A stretch of DNA of 64,000 bases, taken from contig OZ287694.1 in assembly GCA_965649825.1 (NCBI GenBank), positions 433,197 through 497,196 of the forward strand, given 5' to 3'. The translations under genes were made by a program, and so were the position numbers. The notes beneath the pieces are model-generated. The model worked only from the letters and a program-made list of their open reading frames with translations, had not been told where the DNA came from and did not search any database. Of the stretch, positions 58,445 to 64,000 are shown in pieces. Every line of letters starts with the position of its first letter. Positions within the stretch are counted from its first letter, which is position 1. Source of the stretch: Penicillus capitatus (lineage: Eukaryota; Plantae; Chlorophyta).

Positions 58445-61388
58445 TAGCATCGATCCTCGTATTATTCTTTGACAACATCGATCTCAGTGACAGACATTCT
58501 TTAACAGCGAGGGTATCAATGACATTTATTGCCATTTTTTGTAGTCGGGGGGTTGCATCAATGTCTCTGTCGCGGTTCGACAGAGAAATCTGTTCAAGGC
58601 TCAATATTCAGCGGCACTGTTTCTATAGACGAAGGATGCCCTTTCGTTGGAACAGTGCAGCTGTGCGAGCGATCTAGTGTCCAATTATGATTCTTTTCTT
58701 TCCACTTTTTTGAGAGCTATGGATGTCCTTCGCCGATCCGAAACGCAGAAATTGTCGCTGTTCGGCCAAACAAACGAATAGAAAGAGAAACTGATTCCAC
58801 AAAGCTGTCTTCCAGCAAGTGTGTGACAACACACCGCGTCTCTCCAAATGAAAAGGCCTAGCAGCGTTTAGACCGTTTGTATGCCAAGTTTAAAGATCTG
58901 ATCTGAATGAAGCGTGTGTCTTGCCATCGCGATCCGATCGACTCCGACGTAGAGCGGCTCTGTTCTCGTTATCTTCATGCGCCTGATTATAACACACGCT
59001 CTGCTGGAGTATCGTCTGTGGATTCAGAACCCTTGAATGCATCGCTCTCGCGGCTCTGGCCTCGACCATTCGCCCGTTGCGAGGATGGCGTTGCGTCGTC
59101 TGCAATTCGCCTGCCATGTGCCACTAGTGTGAGAAGTTCTTTCGCCCCCCCCCCGCGGGCCAGGAGGGATACGAAGATTCGGCCTGAAATGCAGAATGTA
59201 GACGACGCGGGGTGGCCGTAAGTGAGTCAGTACTGCGTCAGCCATGGCAGTGCGATCCATCGCTGGCGAAGAGCGTCGTTCTCGTATCTCCGTCCGCTGC
59301 GCACTCAACACCACTGCCGTCGTAGCGACAGTCAATCTGCCAGAGGCGACGTCTACCATCAGACATGAAGCAAGTGACGGCGACAACAGAAAGAGAGCGC
59401 TGAACGCTGTTGTGACAAAGAGGACATGAGAACGGAAAACTGCGAGAGGCGCCTCCGTTTCCACAGAATCAAACTGGCCTCCCCTCGTTTCTGTCGCCGA
59501 ATGCAGCGCAGCACAGACGATGACGGACTGTTCTATCGTTTTTTTTTTCGTAAGAAATCTCTTCGGCGAAAGGAAGCGGACGTATGTTACTCGATGTCTT
59601 TGAGCTCTCCGCATATGTCTGACCAAGCATCGAGTGCTCGATTCTCTTTTTCAGAAGGACTAAGCTTCGGAGATAGCTTGTTGTTAGAGGCGTTCTATCA
59701 TTGGAGATAACAGCTAGATTCCTAGCGTATGCTCCAAAGAGAGGGAGGCTGAACTCAGTAAGGGGTGTTATCCAATGACAGTGCTCTACTTTGAAAGAAT
59801 TGTTCAAGTTCTCTCGCTCGTTATGCCTTTTTTGATGTCGTTCGCGCGCGCGATAGATCGCTGTTGCGTTTTGGCTGTCGTTGTTTTCGGGATCTGAGAT
59901 CATACGGTAGGCCGTCTTACATGCGAGACGTCCACGACATCCGACAGTGTGAAAGTATACCTTTGGTCTAAGCATGATTTCGCGAAAAGATGTCGAGCCG
60001 TTCATCCGACGGCTTTGGCAACTTCTCGACAGACAAGATTGCTCAGAAAGGAAAGTACAGGGAGAGATTTGGGTGGAACAGTAGAGAGGTTGTCATGGAT
60101 TGTAAAAGACGTAAAAGAGTCGCCGGAAAATGTAAAAGACGTCAAACAGTCGTCGGCGAAGTCGTCGAGGACGCACGGAGGGCAACGGAGAAAGTCGTCA
60201 AAAGGCCGTCAGGAGAGTCGTCACGGGCGGGCTTACGTTGGCGACGGCGTTTTCTCGACTGTGGGGATCGACCCGAAGCGGATGGTGCAGTTGGACCAGT
60301 TCGAGAAGTACGACCGCGGGGGTTCGATACCTGCGCCGGACACAGAGGAGGGTTGTCCCATCAGAGTTGCCCGGTTGTGTCTGGCGAGCCCGCGCCGAGT
60401 TGGATGGGTTACGGCGGGGAAAGGACAACGTCGCGCTGAGTTCGGGGGCCGACGACGATGGAGTCTCACCACCCGGACAAAAACTTTTGGATTTTTATTT
60501 AACCGTCGCTTCTGTTCTTGCGCTCCTCCGCCTTCGCGAGTTCCGTTTGAGCTACGCAGTCGATTTCTGTCGACTCGATTCTGTCAAAGGTCGCGTTCGA
60601 CGACCGATTCGATTACAGCGGGGATGGCAGCGCCTCTTGCAACGCCGTCCGACAGTTCTTAGCAGCCCGTTTTGGGGTGTAATACACCGAATAGACACAT
60701 GGGATCCGGTTTTTTCGTCAAGAACCATCTTTTCTGTGATACCTTGCGTGCAGCTTGCGGTGACAGTGTGAAAGAGCATACAGCGCATTCTGTTACCCTG
60801 CTGCCTTCCATCGTAGCTGTCTTGCTGAACAGTTGTGGCAGGATTGGTTTGTCGATACAAGAGGCGATCTTCGTTGCACACGTGGTCGTTGTTTAAGAAA
60901 CGGAATATCGGTAGATATCGTCGTCAAGAGCGGTGTGTGGTTGTTGCAGATCGTGCACGGCAAGGGCCATGTCCGGCAGGATTCCTCTCTCGACGAGTGG
61001 CAGTTTCCTTTCGAACACATGATCATCTATTCAGTGTCGTCGTCTAACGAACGCGATCCTTCTTCGTCCAACGTTTTGTGCTTCGTCCAAAGAACTTTGT
61101 TTATTTGCTTTACAAGGATATTCACATTGTGCGATGCAGTTCTTGGCCAATGTATCACAAAGTGAGATCAGAAAGAATCCACCCACGTATGTGCTATCCA
61201 TTGCGAGAACAACATGTCTAAACAGCGTCCCCTTCGCTCTCTTCTGTCGACTCGATGGAATTCAGCCAACAAGCTGTCCTACTGCGTACACAATAACCTG
61301 CTGGTCAATTGTGGAGCCCGTATCCAAAAGCACAGGTTGCCCCGCTCCGTCAATTCCTTCATCCTTGGTGGCCTTTGGGGGAGTTTTG

Positions 61389-61830
61389 CTAAGATATTTC
61401 TGTGGGGTTTTTCCACGACAGTATTCTGGGTGGTTCGTTCGAACACTGAATCGTAGTCGGTTTCTTCTCTTTCTGTCTCTTCTTCGTTTTCTTTTCCTCC
61501 TCTTTCACTTCCTCTGCAGCGACGTCGACGTCGGCATCGTTGTCCCCTTCCCCCTCACTTTCCACATCTGCTACATCAAAGTCGATATCGTCATAGGATA
61601 CGACGTCCGTATCTATCTCAGCATTGTCTTGGCGCTTCGTCCGATTTCATTGCTTCTGCAATGCAGTTGTGATAAGACGACAGATGACTCTTGGGTAATA
61701 ACCGAACCAAGAACTTCGTGTGTGGTCGTCATCTCTCTTTCCGAATCTATCACTTCTTGCAGTCCGAAATCATCTTCAAAGGCGACGCTGATGACGTTAC
61801 CGTAGTCGGGGGCAGATGTGGAACCCAGAG
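61389..61830 (-). CDS. Possible terminal exon(s) of a gene with acidic then Lys-rich tail
   Basis: Minus frame ...DNAEIDTDVVSYDDIDFDVADVESEGEGDNDADVDVAAEEVKEEEKKTKKRQKEKK...TEIS*. The upstream exons were not resolved. Confidence 0.3.
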
Positions 61831-63276
61831 GCGTCTGCGTGCCACACAGAACGGTGTGAATTTCCTAGACGACACTTAACGTTACACACCCTTTGCAGGT
61901 TTCCCGAAATACCAACAGAAAAATCGAAATCGCGCAGGTTTTATCCATCGTTAAACGCGTGTCGTTTTTTCGACTTGCAGAAATATGAAGAACAAAGAAA
62001 CGCTCCGGCGCAAACGAATCTCATCGCAAAACCGCCAGTTGTACGAAGAGGCGTTCCACAGACAAGACACCCGCATGAAACCGATAGCCTGCGGCTGGAT
62101 GCCGGAAGTCACCTCTCCACACTTTCCAGTTGAGCCTGCGACGCACAACAACGAAAACAACCCACCCATAGATTCAGACATCTCTTTTCTCTCAGTCTGC
62201 GGCGTTTTTCTGCTCTTCCACTGGGCGATAACTGCAGAATCAAGAATGTGACTTTAAGAGATGCTTATTCCATGAATTCCGTAAAGCCTAGATGAGCCCT
62301 CGACGCATAGGATATATTGTTGTAAGGTTTCGCCCTCGAGAGTTTGAGGCTAGAGATCGCGGAGATACCTAGTGCCTTGTCTCTATTAGCTGGCTAGCAG
62401 ACAGCCCCACGGCAATCGTTGTGACACGACTAACCGATGTTCGCGTTGTTGGCTCGACAGGTTGCTGCCCCGTCGAGGCCGAGACCAAATGGTCGAGAGT
62501 GGGGCCAACGAGCCGCTTCGCTGAGGCCATCGATCTCAGTCCCGAAGGTCCTGGTCTTTGTACGACAATCGGTAACACATTTCTCCGTTTGAAAAAGTGT
62601 TTCTGTAAATGCCAGTATAAGACGGGAAGAGTTTCACAGCGTCGGATGGTGGTATCGATTCACTTGAGGGCTAAACGACGCGTTAGATATCTTTCGTGAT
62701 AAATATGCTGTGTGATTTATTAGGTCAAGGAAGATGCGAGTAAATCCGGCTACAGGACTGTCTAGTACTACGCATTGAACCCGGTGCGGATAGGCAGCTC
62801 TCGCAGCGTTATGACGAGAGCATTGGGTCAGCCCGACCAGATACCAACCCGCTTCCAGAATTCGCTCTCCACGTCGCATCGGATGAGGGTCTGTTTGAAA
62901 AGCGTGACAGCTACGACGGCATCGCAGAGTTCTGCACGATCCTTCGTTGTAAACTTAAATCGAGCTCGGTTCACAAATTCTACGACCCGTTCATCGACAC
63001 AATGAACGTTACGGAATTCGAGCCGTTCTTTGACGAGCGAGATCGAATCATGAATGTCTAAGGAAGTAGGCCGTCTTCATAAAACACGACTACGCTATTG
63101 CGGCAACAGAGAATCGAAACAAATGAAATATAATCTTTGGTATCCTTCATTCGTATCTGCATATTTGATCCGACTTTTGGGAAAGACGCCCGTCCAAGCT
63201 TCTCTTCAGCGAGGAGCGGAAAAACAACAGGACAAGAAGATTCCTTATGTCCTTGACAAACCGCATATGTTGTGCT

Positions 63277-64000
63277 TCAAAAGCCAGTCATGGCGAGTTT
63301 CACGATGGCGTGGGTCTCTTCTTCAGTCTGCACGACTCCGTGAAAAGGCAGGTGTGATGCGGAGAGATCGATCGCACTTGTATGCCATTCTTCTGCGTTT
63401 GGAGTTCTTTGTTCATGTCCATGGCGCCCTTGGGAAGATCCGTCTGAAACCATCGATGTTCCATGATTCCTTCCATGTCGATGCGTTGGGTTGGATCCTT
63501 GTCCAATATCTTGTGCAGCAGGTCGCTCAGATCGGCAGAGATGGCGGGATGATCAGGGATCGTTAACGGCGCTTCTGCAATTCTCTGGCGATGAACAGGA
63601 TCGATAGCAGAGACAAAGAATGAGGTGACTGCTCACTGTCATCATTCGTTGCGGTTTGTCTTGCCGATCGAGACTTCTTTTTTCGGTGTTATCAAAGGGA
63701 TACGATGCAAAAATCATGGTGTAAAGAAAGAATCCACACAACCAAATGTCCGCTTTCTGAAGCGACACGCAGACACACGTCATCTTCGGGATGTCGAGCA
63801 ATGGAACGGGTACTTTGCTGTCATACGTCTGTCCTTGCCTTGTTGCGAAGATGGCCTCTGGTGCCATGTAGGCAGGCGTGCCCACTCTCGGATGCGTCGA
63901 TCCACACATATCGTTCTGTGCAGAACGGAATGTCGAAAAAAAGCTTAGATGACAAGACAGACACGGCTTACCTGGCTATACCTAAAGCCACAGATTTTGA
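63277..64000 (-). CDS. SnRK2-like Ser/Thr kinase C-terminal half, probable pseudokinase; 5' part lies beyond the window
   Basis: Spliced LKICGFRYSQ-NDMCGSTHPRVGTPAYMAPE, KADIWLCGFFLYTMIFASYPFD, KDPTQRIDMEGIMEHRWFQTDLP and SnRK2-box-like TEEETHAIVKLAM. TGA stop at 63277-63279. Confidence 0.85.

Noticed and set aside
60315-60345. GGGTTCGATACC tRNA T-loop-like sequence
   Set aside because: The T-stem does not pair and no cloverleaf or A-box is present
59949-60662. Protein-like plus-strand ORF (RAYVGDGVFSTVGIDPKRMVQLDQFEKYDRGG)
   Set aside because: No reliable start, splice model or recognisable domain, so it could not be supported as a gene
1-64000. TAA/TAG-to-Gln genetic code as in some ulvophytes
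   Set aside because: Conserved genes end at TAA/TAG (Nth, eIF2B-alpha), and in-frame TAA/TAG fall inside well-defined introns

Overview
Eukaryotic nuclear DNA, most likely from a green alga. The evidence is ~40-75 nt GT-AG introns, plastid-type transit peptides, flagellar inner-arm dynein, and a TGTAA signal after RPL14; the beta-helix/TM gene family suggests an ulvophyte or bryopsidalean alga (inference). The left part (1-34.2 kb) is GC-rich and extremely compact, with intergenic gaps of 24-260 bp. It carries a class I glutamine amidotransferase fused to a coiled-coil tail, a bacterial-type endonuclease III, a Pmp-like beta-helix/Cys-rich/multi-TM gene, a STAT-like DNA-binding+linker+SH2 protein, a 15-kb dynein heavy chain (I1-beta/DNAH2 type), RPL10, eIF2B-alpha, RPL14 and three orphan genes. 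The right part (34.2-64 kb) is AT-richer and gene-sparse. It holds a ~5.9 kb segment bracketed by degenerate inverted repeats, which contains a hammerhead-like core and a nested tandem array whose units read as a cryptic 2-exon/2-intron cassette. It also holds a frameshifted second Pmp-like gene, a carotenoid oxygenase apparently missing its first iron-ligand His, and a SnRK2-type kinase with DFG changed to GFR. An 8-mer GATGTGAC/GTCACATC is strongly enriched in introns and upstream regions. All gene models were assembled by eye, so exon boundaries are approximate. Family assignments rest on recalled motifs, not database searches.
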